Shown: positions 47,611 to 59,500 of the stretch, in pieces | How the letters are laid out: every line of letters begins with the position of its first letter | Position numbering within the stretch: position 1 is the first letter of the stretch | Assembly: GCA_965153285.1 (NCBI GenBank) | Contig: OZ229110.1 | DNA: 64,000 nt | Source of the DNA: Podarcis tiliguerta | Taxonomy: Eukaryota | Reading direction: 5' to 3' (one strand) | Notes under the pieces: model-generated | What the model saw: only the letters and a program-made list of their open reading frames with translations | Told to the model about the DNA's origin: nothing | Database searches by the model: none | Program-made: the position numbers and the translations under genes

Positions 47611-47709
47611 GTGATAACCCAAATGACCCGAAGGGGTCCGGAAGAGGGACACACATTGACCAGACAGGGGAATCGCCAAAAAGTGAGCCACGAATGGCTA
47701 TCATACCAG
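47611..47709 (+). CDS. CD44: CD44 membrane-proximal constant exon
   Basis: Strong U-rich acceptor tttgttttttatctag|, donor |gttggt, 99 nt. DNPNDPKGSGRGTHIDQTGESPKSEPRMAIIP, comparable to human ...PIRTPQIP. Confidence 0.9.
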
Positions 47710-47809
47710 GTTGGTGTCTTCACTTTTACCATTTATGTTTATTATAAAGTCCTATTGGTTTGTGATTGCTCCTCTCACTGCCACCACTGGAAGTGGTGAG
47801 CCTCTAGGT

Positions 47810-48016
47810 CAGTGGTTCCCAATCTTTTTATGGCCATGCCCCACCTCAGCATCTCTAAAATCCTGATTCCCCACCCCACCCCGGTGACATATAATTCTTA
47901 TTATTTAAGAAGTGAACTCCTATTCACATGGAGGAAGCTTAAAAGGCCATTCACTGTTAATAACTCGTTCTCAAATTCCCCCGTGTGGGGCGTGTGCCCC
48001 ACTTTGGGAACCACAG
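47810..48016. mobile_element. hAT (Charlie-like) MITE
   Basis: TIRs CAGTGGTTCCCAA / TTGGGAACCACAG; 8-bp TSD CTCTAGGT / CTCTAGAT. Confidence 0.8.
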
Positions 48017-48918
48017 CTCTAGATGCTTTGCATGTAGAACTTCTTAGGTTAAATCACTGAGAAATTAAGTTAAAGGTTCAGTCTAGGCAAGACCATCACC
48101 TTACATTTCAGGATCTTCTGCCAGGCAGACAAGGAAAACACTTGGTTACATAGGCCACCAGATTCATTATAAAGTGGCTTCATTTTTGTCATGTATTTGC
48201 AAGGTCAGTGTAGCAGGAAACAGGAGGGAAAGTCTCAGGAACTTAGTTATCAGTTCTTGGGGAGCCCGGGGGCAAGTCGCTCTCACTGGTCTCCCTCAGT
48301 GTCATTGTTGCTTGTTGCCACTGCCAGACAGAGCCTGTGAGGAAGCAGGAGGCAGCAGCTACTACTGTTTCTTTTCAGCACCATCGTTGTTTGCTATCCT
48401 ATCTGGGTCAGAGATGGGGAGTCCAGGGGCGGGGGCAGGCACCTGGCTGAACCCACCTTTAAAAATAATATTGCAGCACCATGCTAGTTCCTTGCAAGTA
48501 TTTCCTTCATGCAGCCTTGTATGTGGATACACAGCCTTGTGGAGAAATCTTAGCATAACGAAGGAAGAACCTGGAAACAACCAGCAGCCATTTTCTTAGT
48601 CACAGCAGTGCTGTGTACCAGCTGTTATGATCCGGTTTCTGTATGCTTCCCACTTCTCACAAAAGAGTCTCCATACAGTTATTTTTGCCTTTTATATGGG
48701 CATGCAGGGGAGGAAAGAATATTTGTGAGCCAGACCTGAGAGGAAACCTCACTCTGTTGCTTCATACATTGAAAGAAAACAATAAGCATGGGTCCTTTAA
48801 GGAAATAAAGTGGGGTTATTAATGATACTATGTCAACTACTGTGTCAACTCTCTATCCAGATGACTAGCCAGTAAAAGTTTCCATGTTTTTTCCCCTCCC
48901 TCGAACTTCCACCCACAG

Positions 48919-48997
48919 ATTGGCTTATTGTAGTTGCTTCTCTCTTGGCACTGGCATTGATACTTGGTGTTTGCATTGCTGTGAACAGTCGAAGGAG
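48919..48997 (+). CDS. CD44: CD44 transmembrane exon
   Basis: cccacag|...|gtaagg, 79 nt. [27 protein letters not shown] vs human [27 protein letters not shown]. Confidence 0.98.
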
Positions 48998-50331
48998 GTA
49001 AGGAATGGCTTTTGTAAATTTCCACTGGTTAGTGCCAGAACTTTCTTTTAGTCTTGTTGCTGGGAAATTCCAAGATCCAAGATCTGACATCTTTAAATAA
49101 TACAAAGGAGAAAGCAGCTCCTTCTTTCAAGAGATGTCCATTGAAAAGCACACGTCAAGGCACACAATAGTGCATTTATACAAAAGTGTGGCTAGTAAAT
49201 ATTTAAATAAGTAAGCAATGAAGGAACTTCTTTATGCTTCTGAATATCTTTTAACCTTGCAACTATAATAGTTAGCTGGTAATCAGTAAGTTTAATTTTT
49301 TCTTGTTTTTATAGTGGGTGTCTGGATGGATAGATAGATGAGAGGGAGAGAGAGGTTGTCAACTATGTATTTTTAATGTGTTTTTCCCCTTTGACATGAA
49401 ATTGCACTATACAAGTATTTTCCTAAAGGATGCTCAGTCCTGCATGTGGGCATCCCATAGGCATCTAGGTGGCCACTGTGAGAGCAGGCAGGCACAGGAG
49501 GGATGGAGCTCTCCTTTCGTCCTATGCAACCAGCATAGAAACCAAGTAGGCTGCCAAAGCAAGGAAGCCCTGTCTTCTGGGCCCAGCATAGAAATGCAGT
49601 AGGTTAGAGGAGAGATGGAGCTCCTTGTCCTCCTCCTTCCAGCTCTCAGCACAATAGTAAAAATTGCAGGCTTGTAACTTTTGTGGGCTTCTTTGCCACG
49701 CAGCAAAGCACCCACCTGCCTGTAACTGTAGATGATCCTATACTGTTAACCCATTTTGAGTCATGAGCGGACAGCTCTCCACTGACTGTGGACTGAGAAT
49801 TACTACCTTGGCTGCAATCTGCATTCCAGTCCTATCAAAGTCATGTTACTTCATTGTTGTTGTTTTTATCTTATCTACCACACAGAAGGTACTTTTCAGA
49901 AGTATTTCCTGCTAGTTTGTAAGTTGATGCATGGATCTAAGTGTGGACAAAAATGTTTACTAATTAATGATAGTCTCTGACCTTTCATAGCTGCTGTTTT
50001 CTTCCTTTGTCTTGAAAGAAGCAGACAAGCACAGACCAAGCATGATCAAATGCAGATAACATTTCCTTTAAAATGGTTCAGTCTGGAAGCTATAAATCAA
50101 AATGACATCCTAACTGAAAACATAGTTTTTCTTCAAATATCACAAGATTAAATACTGCATGCATACTTGCAGGTTTCCCATAGGCATCTTGTTGGCCAAA
50201 GTTGAGGGCAGGATGTTGGACTTTTCTTATGTTTTAAAGCTTTGATTAACCCAGATAGAATCGGTGAGTTTTACTTCACTTTTTAATGTGATTGTGTGCT
50301 TTGACATCCCATGTTTTTCCCTTTCCATTAG

Positions 50332-50539
50332 ATGTGGGCAGAAGCAAAAACTTATTATCAACAACGGCAAAGGAGGCATAAATGAGAAAAACAAGGGTGG
50401 ATTGAATGGAGAAGCCAGTAGATCTCGGGAAATGGTTCATTTGGTGCATGATGAGAAGCCAGAAAACCAAACAGATGAATTCCAGGCAATTGATGAAACG
50501 CAGAACCAACAAGAAGTGGCCTTGAAGAGTGGCGTGTAA
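50332..50539 (+). CDS. CD44: CD44 last exon, coding part (cytoplasmic tail)
   Basis: ttccattag|. CGQKQKLIINNGKGGINEKNKGGLNGEASRSREMVHLVHDEKPENQTDEFQAIDETQNQQEVALKSGV* vs human CGQKKKLVINSGNG...LNGEASKSQEMVHLV...MKIGV. Confidence 0.98.
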
Positions 50540-53030
50540 GAGAGCTGCGCCAATCCAATTTCATCAGAGGTGAAGAAGCAAAAAAACAATGCACGGAACT
50601 GGGACTAGAACTCACAAATGCAATGAGCTACTGATGTCTTTGAAGCATAATTAAGCATACATTTTCTTCTTTCTCTATTTTTAATGGTCAGGTACAAGAT
50701 AAAAATGTCGTGTTTCCTCTGCTCAAGATTGCTTAATTTTGCCCGGTTCAGATGGGCGACCACCAACATCACCCGTCTCCCAATTGTGGTCTACTGTTTG
50801 ATAAGGCAGAATACCAACTTCAACTTAGTTCCCCTAACTTGTGCAGCTTTCCCCTCATTATATTGTAATGGAGTCACCAGGATCTCTAGCCAGTGCCTTT
50901 AAGGCATTAAGGTACTGAGCATAACCTTGAGGCCTAGAACCTCAATATTAATTGCAATGGGAGACTTCAGAACAGAATTCTTATTTGTCACTTAGCCCTG
51001 AAGGATTTGTCATCTTTTTGAATCTCACTCACTTCTTGATATTTGGAATTGTGTGCTGAAGTAATTGAATACAGAAAGACAAATTTATCCAAAAATTCCA
51101 GGAACGTCCAGTAACAATTTTTAATAGGGTGGAAAGGCGAGTAAGAATAAAATTGATTTTATAGCAAATAAATTTTTATTCTCTATAATCTAAATAATCT
51201 GTGATGTTGTTTTTGCATTTCAAAGTTGCATATCTATTGCATGGTTCATAGTTGGAATATTTGTTAAAAGTATTAATTCAGCTCCATTTGACTACACCAC
51301 ATTTAGATATAATGGATGTACAACAGTAGATTTTCTATGGGATCCTTTGTATGTTTCCAATGAATTGGGGGTCTGAATCGAAACCCTATATGTCTGGGTG
51401 TTGTGTCTACTTCAAATAACTCTTTCCATTTTGGAGTTCCATGCATGGCTGCCAGCCAATGTCAGAAACAGCACATGTAACTCCTAGTTAGTTAGATGGT
51501 TGGGTGGGGTGATGGCACTCATAAGTTGTATCACAGCTGCTTACTAGGAAGAAGGGGAGGCTGGTGCAGTGCAGACACACTAGCAGAGGTGCCAGATTGG
51601 CTCTGCTGGTACATTTGCACCACACTTAACTCTCCTTTCCTGAAAGCAGCAGCAATGTGGCTGATCAGAGGTCAGGTGAGTGCCATTGCTGCAACACCCT
51701 GTCTGCTACTGGTAGCTCCAAGAACCATTCAGAGGTCCAAGAACCACACATGTACAGCATTCCTTTGCATACACATTGCCCATCCTAGCAGGCCGTGTGT
51801 GGGCAATAAGTTGCTTTTGTGCATAGCAGCACTATGGTGGTGGTTGCACTCTGCTGAGAATATGTTCCTTCTTAGGAAACTAGCATGTACACAGTCCATT
51901 CGTCTCATATTACCTGAATCATATTTGCAACATGATGTTGGAGAGGGGTTTTAACCTTTCCTTCAGACACTTCATTTGATTGCACCGGGCACATAAAAAT
52001 AACCACAGCAGTCTCCATATGCCACTGAGATGAATAGCAAATGATCGCTTCCTTTCCAGTAGAAAGCTATAAATGGCCTGTTGGTTACACATGACAAATG
52101 CTATGAGAAATACAACTCACCTGTAGGACTAAGAAGAAACTAACATAAAAATCTCTGAGAAAATCAAACACAAATATTATGAAGCTGAATAACACTAAAT
52201 AGTTGCAAATATATCACCACAGTTCCTTGTTCTTCTTATGTCCAATTTTCTTAAGAGACATATTTTTTAAAAAAACTAAAAACTCCTAATTACTTCCTAA
52301 TTAACACCATGCACATTATCATACCAATGCAGAAATGTAGGCCTGTTTGTGGAAGGAGTGTTCCATGCATCAATGCTACAGCTCGGGGTAAGCATTGACA
52401 TCTGTACCACATTGTTAATCTGGATCACACTACACTGTGTAGACGAACATCAGCCCTCCACCCTGCTCTGGCTGTTTAAACATGTTTGCACCTTGTCAGA
52501 TAATAACACTACGAATTGTTTCTTATTTTATTCACCATTGCCACTGCAAAATCCTAGTTTTCTTTACAATCAGAAATGCTATGGATTCCTAGCAGCATAC
52601 CCTCTTTTTGAACCCACCTTTTAAAAGCCCCCACTCCTGTGGATTCTTTCCAAGTGGAGAGAACCATTTTTACTGTTTTAGTGTCATGTGGGAACAATTA
52701 GAATGTCATTCATTCTCTCCCTTTCCAAGGCACAGTGGTCTCAGCAGACGTCTTTTAGATGTCCTTGAGTCACTGGCAGAGGATTTTCTTCTAGCCAGCA
52801 TGTTCAAACAGCTGTGGCTTATTTATTTCATTGCTCTCCCCCCCCCCCATTTGTATCAGGGACACTGGTGGTCTCCAAAAGTTATAAACACTTACTGACG
52901 CTTGGCAGTTTTCTTCTACAGAAACGATCTCCATTGTTTTCTAAGTTGAAGCCAGATGATATTTCCTTTAAACAAAAACACCCAATATCCCTGGTCTTCA
53001 CATGAATAAAATAATAAAAGTAGTTTTCCA
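50540..53030 (+). other. CD44: CD44 3' UTR with candidate proximal and distal poly(A) signals
   Basis: AATAAA pairs at 51146/51167 and 53005/53013; the true end is not determinable without transcripts. Confidence 0.55.
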
Positions 53031-53549
53031 GCCCTTTTTTGTTCACCAACTCCCTGACTGAAGCATCACTGCTTAGGAGTTTAAAAATTGGTTTTCTGTT
53101 TCTGTGTTGGACATAATTAGCTGCTTAAGAGACAAGTCTGCTACCCAAGTGCAATGTCCTTCAGCTGCCATTGGTTCACCTGCTTTGATGTAACAGTCTG
53201 CGGTGCATGGACAGCGTTGACCTAGAAAGCACGTTGCACTGGGACAACTGGAAACCTTTGATTTTAGATTATTTATTCTCTGATCAACTTTGGTATATCG
53301 AAACCACAAAATTTAAGTAACAAGGCAAGCTTGGTTGTGTCAGACGTATGGTTTCAGACCTCTTTGCCAGAAAAGAACAGACTTCCTTAGCTGAGTCATA
53401 CTCAAAAAAACTCCCCATCTATACGTAATTTAAAATAGAGATTTACATATACTAAGTAGAAATAGTGTTGGGGAATAAAATACTTTGCACAAACACATAA
53501 CATATTCTTTTCAGAGTTGATATGTAATAATTGACACTCGCTCTAACCG

Positions 53550-56500
53550 TTAAAATTATGAATCCACATTTATTGATGATATGTACATAAAAAGTACAAC
53601 ACTTAATGAAATATTGTCTTCGCTGATTATTTCCAGTATATAAAGAATGTCCAGTTTTGTTTTATACATAAGTTACAGAAATCAGTTCACACAGTAAGAA
53701 AGTATTAAAAGCAAATACTGTAGTTACTAAAGGAGGTATAGATAAAGATTAGGAGAATTAGAACTATAAACTACAAAAAAAATATACTCAGTAAATGAGG
53801 CATTCCCATTACAATATACAAGAAAGTAACCAGAGTTAATAGAAAGTTTTCGCATCTGCATTCATTAGTCTTTACATAAAATGTGGTACAGCAACTGTAC
53901 AAGTACATCATTTCGATTCCCAGATGAACACTTTCAATCAATGTCAAAGACCAGGCTTATGGTTTCTTTTGGATGTATTCTAAATGGATCACATCACATT
54001 TCAAGGGAAGAACTGCAAATTGATGATATACACAATGGCCATGATCTCAAAGGCCCTGAGCGCAATAATTTCCCTAAACAGCACAGTCCTATACACATCT
54101 ACTCGGAAGTAAGTTCCATTGAGTTTAATGTAGCTTACCCCCCACATGAATGTGTATAGGATTTTGCCCATAGTTGCATATGAAAAAGAACACATGCACA
54201 GATCTTGAGATTTTGTGGCTTTCCCCTTTTGTTGTCTCACACACTTGTGGTCATCAGGCTCAGAGTGATTTGCCACTTCAGCAATTGCTAAAGGCAATTC
54301 ACAATAGGTAAGCTGGAATCGAAAAAAGGAATAGTTATAGAGTACTTTTAAGGCAGATGACAACTAGCTTCCGTATGGGATATTTTATCCCATGGAATAT
54401 GCCACAGTAAAGGTGCTACATTTATTGAGTGAAAGCAACAGTGAATCCTGCCAGCCTTTCCACTAGTAGCTCTTTTTCAGAGAGCTTCCTTATTATCAGA
54501 GACATTCAAATTCTTAATATATAAAAAGTATGATTACTGGTGCATGGAAATTCTGAGATACAACTGCACATAAACACAACAGGTAAAGCACACCTCAAAA
54601 ACACAGTTGTTTGTCTGTTTCCAAAACTGACATGAATGGGATTTGTTATAATTTTTCATATGCTTACTTTTGAAAAATGGAAGCAGTATTTGCCTCTGTG
54701 CTTCTGGCTAGCTGGTGTAACACAAATCTTAAGAATGATAATGTTAGGCTTGCATCCAGCATTAGATAAACCCAGAGTAGATCCATTGAAATTAATGGAT
54801 TTGGCCAATTTGGGTCCATTAATTTCAGTGTGTCTATTCTGAGTAAACTTAGCTGGAAACAGTCCAGTGTCTATAGTTAACAGGCATGTCTGTGCCTTGG
54901 TTTAAAGCAAAATGACAGGCTCAGGTTATGCAGATTCTTCAGTGGATACTGTTGTCAGTGAACAAGTGAAAGCAAATGAACATCAGAGGAATCTTGAAAT
55001 GTTGTTGGATGACAGCAGGAGTCCATGTTGCAAAGCAGAAACAGACATCGTAATTGCAAACGATAAGCATGTCATCCAAAGTAAAGAGTACAGCAAGGTT
55101 TGTTTTTACTTCTGACCAATGAGCTAACTGATGCAGCAACTTACTAATAATCATGTCTCTACATTTCCAACATATCAGGTATACAGACAAAAATATATTA
55201 ATATTATAAACTCAGAATAATATGCCTACATTAATTCTTTAATGTAGCAGTGATATTGCATTCACAGTGCAGCAAAATGAGACGGCCAGTCACATTCACT
55301 AAGTGCCAGGGATTTACAAACATACACACACACTCGCATGCTGCTGGTTAGATATATAAAAACAAAGACTAACATATGTACAATGAGTCGGCTGCAATAA
55401 AAGGTTCCAACAATTATTCAGACTTTGACATGCACCAACATGTTTATATTATCAACATATAAAACCAGTTATCTGCCTATGGAGATTATTCTGATAAATA
55501 CCTGGGGATGGAAATACTGACAAGCAGCCAACCCAACCCAAATTCTTTTCAGAACATATTATAAAGTTTCTACTCCAGCATAACTGATGTTAAATTAAAA
55601 ACCAAATGGCAACTATTAATACTGTATACACAATTTCACTGAAATTACACGAAGATAAGCTACATTATCTACACAAAGTGCGGAGAGGCACTGTTCTTCA
55701 TGCGGAAAACAACGCACCAAGACTGGTATTCATAAGAGTGTCATGCTTTGACAGCTATCATTAGTACTTTTATCTTACCACTAGCACACATTTGGCTCTA
55801 ATTACGAGAGTATTTGAAAACTCTGCTTTTAAAATAGAAGAGGATTACAAAAGAAGTTTACATTGACAACATTCTAGATCTACTGTACAGTTTGCTCACC
55901 CAAACGCAAGGCATGTACAACAGGTTTCTCTAGTTAAATATACCTGTTTCATGGATCGTTGATGGTTTCAGTACATATCCTCTGCTCTGTGTGCTGTGCA
56001 GTTGGTGTGCCAAGAGACAACATCTACACTGTATTTAAGCTGTTCCTCAGGTTTTAATAACTCTTATTTGCTCATTCAATGTGCTTGGGTAATAGCAAGG
56101 CCATAGGACTAGAGATACTTTATAATTAACTGCTAAGGAAATAAAAGAAAAACAGATCTCATTCATCCTGGTGAAAAATATACCACTTCCTTTCTTATAA
56201 ATGTCTTAAAAATCAGGAGGTATTTCTATATGTGCAAGTCGATTGACATGGTCCCATAAGAATGTTGTTTGGTCCTTTCGTACAAAGGCAAAGACATGAA
56301 ACACAGTTCTGCAGTTCCTTAGGTTGTCTGAACTTGTATAAATATCATTTTACGTGACAGACCCTGCAACCCTATGATCACTGAGGTGTTCCATGGCCAA
56401 AAAACTGATTCAATTTCACACTGTAAGGGCAAAGCTCTGCCCTCCAGAGGAAGATCCAATACTCTCCCTGATACTCTCCCTGTGGAAACCTTTGTGTCCT

Positions 56501-59500
56501 CGCCTAAAATAAATTCTTGGTCAGGAAGAAGACAAGGAAAAACAAAAGATCCATTCCAACCTCACTTCTGACTACACCAGCAAGAGCTCAGCAGGCCATT
56601 GAATGTGGCCATTTGCCTGTCTTCTGTTCCCTTCCCCCTGCATAAGAACCCACATACCTGGGAATAACCCCCCTTGAATTCAACAGGACTCACTTCTGAG
56701 TACACATGGCTAAGTTTGGGCTGTTATTCATTAAATAACTATGACCCCTTATTGGCTTTGCTGCCACCTCCTTTCTTGTACAGTATTTGTCGAGCAGCAA
56801 ACTTGTGATCTGGCTTTGAAGTGAACTGGCAAAGCCTGTTACTTTAGCCAGTCTAGAAAAGACTGTGGAGGAACTGCAGTCCTGGTCTCTGTAGGCTTCT
56901 GGCCAATCCAGCAAAAAATGTCTGTGCACATAAATAAATACAGATGCTCATCTCCTTCCACGTTATGATTCTCACCCAAGCCACTTTGAACTAGCTGGAT
57001 GCATCACTTGATGCCAATTATGGGACACCAGTTCTTATGCCTGATGGCCCATGACTACAGCTGGATCAGGGCCTACTTCAGAAGCTGCAATCCTAAAGTA
57101 CACAGACTTTGTAATCGATTCCATTGGAAACATTGGGGACAACAGGAAAATGCAGGAAGGAGAAGGGTTGGGGGACAAAATATACTGGTGAATAAATTAT
57201 TCTGGATCAGACTCTTTGTATATTGCAGGGTGGAGACCCTTCCTAATTCTCCTGGTAAAGACACCAGGTTAAGGCTGTGATTCTAAACACACTTACTAGG
57301 GAGTAAGCACTGTTTAACACAGTGGGTCTTTTGTCTGAGTAAACATGCATAGGATTACACTGTAAGTATCAAAAATAACAGATCAATCATTTGTTCATCT
57401 GATCAATCTTAAGATTATTATAACAACATAGTGTTCCATAATGAACTGCAGCATTTAAAGACACCTTTATTTCCTATTTGTGCTTTGCTTAGAGGTTATA
57501 AATAAAGTTTACAGGGTTACGTTAATTTAATATAACACAGATAATTTTTACTAATCTATATATGTTATAAGAAAATTTTCCATTTCCCCTTTAATATGGA
57601 TTCCCTGTAAATATTGTAGCTTTCTCTCTCTGTCTTATAAGGTTGTATAACAAAATATTGGTATGTCTGTAAACAGTATAAGAAAATATCAGTATGTCTG
57701 CAAATTACAGATACTAAATTTGTTAATTCAGTCTACACTGTAGTTTGTGGCTGCTGGACAAAAGGTATGAATAAATGCCTACATTAGAATTGAAGATGTA
57801 TTTAGAAGTAGAAATACATATTTTCCTCATGCATTCCATAAATTACAGTTCACACTAGGAAGGACAGGAAAGAAGGGGATTTTTGTTGTTGCAGTATTCA
57901 AAAGGAAGCTTGAAGAAGAAGCTTGGAAGAAGTTAAAAAATGGAATGTTGGAATCTACAGCACTGACTGAAAAATATCAACTGGTAATCAAGATTTGCAA
58001 ATAAGCTTTCAAAGCTGTAGAAAATCAATGAAAAAATCCCTGCGAAGCATTATGTGTTATGTACAAAATACTGTTAATGTGAAAGACTCACAGTATTAAA
58101 TTGTGTCCATGTCTTGAATAAATGTGCACAAACCCTGGTTTTAAAGACAATAGTTGAGGGATCTGTGTGCCACTGACTGAAAAGGAACTTAATTTCAAAT
58201 AATCTTCTTGTTCCAGCAATAGATCAGTTTTGAAGGAATAAATCAGATCCCTCCAGTTATTGGAATGGGGATCCCTGAATATGTAGAGGTCCTATGTGCA
58301 CATATTTGCTTTTTGCCTTTTAGGAAATACTGTAATAAACCCAGCAAAGACTGGGTTGGATAATGAATTCTCTTTATCTGCTGGTTAAGGCTGTTCCAAG
58401 ACAACTGAGAGAGTGTTGGGTGGCTTAGAGGCTGCTTTCAGTCAGCTGAAATGTAGGTAGGTTGACTTGTGTTATAACCCAACATCCAAGCAAGTGTGTG
58501 ATGCCATTCAGTGCATATTAGGCAAACTTGCAGCAACACAAAGCTTGGTCTGGCTAAGAGCTTGGCTTAGTCACATAATCAGAATGAATGTAATACTGGT
58601 GACTAGATAACTACACATGTATTACGCCGAACTCAAGCCATTTTAACCCAAATTAGTGACATAAAATGCTACCCCACTGAAGTTGTGTGGACAATAAATG
58701 GAAAACCATACGATTAATTGTGACAAATGTTGAGCAGTAACACTGGAGGACTGTCATCATTCCGTTTCATTGCTTCATACCTCCATTACATATTACATAT
58801 CATTACATATTTCATACCTCCATTACATTACATATCTCAATGAAGCTCTGCCCAGCCCACTGATTTTCAGGCATCATAAAGTTCTCTCTCCATGTAGAGA
58901 AAAGAAGAGCATTAGAGATGGAGTTACATGGCTAGAGTGGCTGCTTGAAAAAATGTTAGTAGCTGCAAGATAACAGGTATCACAACGATGAGCAAGAGAA
59001 AGAGAAGGAGCTCCAGGCCCAGGGTCATGTCTGGGGAGGAAGAGAGGGGGGGCTTTTTTTGTTTGTTTTTTCGTTTTGAGAAACTAGAGAAGTACAGGTG
59101 AGACATTTGGTAGAAGAAAAGATTAGAGGAGATACAAACGAGAGGGGAGGAGAGCCAAGGAGCTATGGGAAGAAGAGGAGAAACTCCAGTTTCTTGGGAA
59201 GAGGAGGGTTAAAGTAAATAGGAATAGGGCACAAGAGTTTGGATCCTTCCCCACACTCAATAGATTTACTTATACAAGTATGAATTACTGATTGTGTCCT
59301 ATGGAAATCCACTGAAAGCAGAACATCAACGGAATTGCCACCAGCAAAGACCAAACCTCAGCCTGCTGTCCTTGAAATCTAAGGAAGATACCCACCCAGG
59401 GGTGTATCTAGGGGTTGGTCAAGTTAAGTAGGAGCCCACCTGCCTGTCCACACACTCCCCAGGCTGCTTCTTCCCTGGTCAGGGAGACCAGGCGACATGT

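Noticed and set aside
51496-51954. 152-aa ORF downstream of the CD44 stop
   Set aside because: No homology recognised and no splice context; within the probable 3' UTR.
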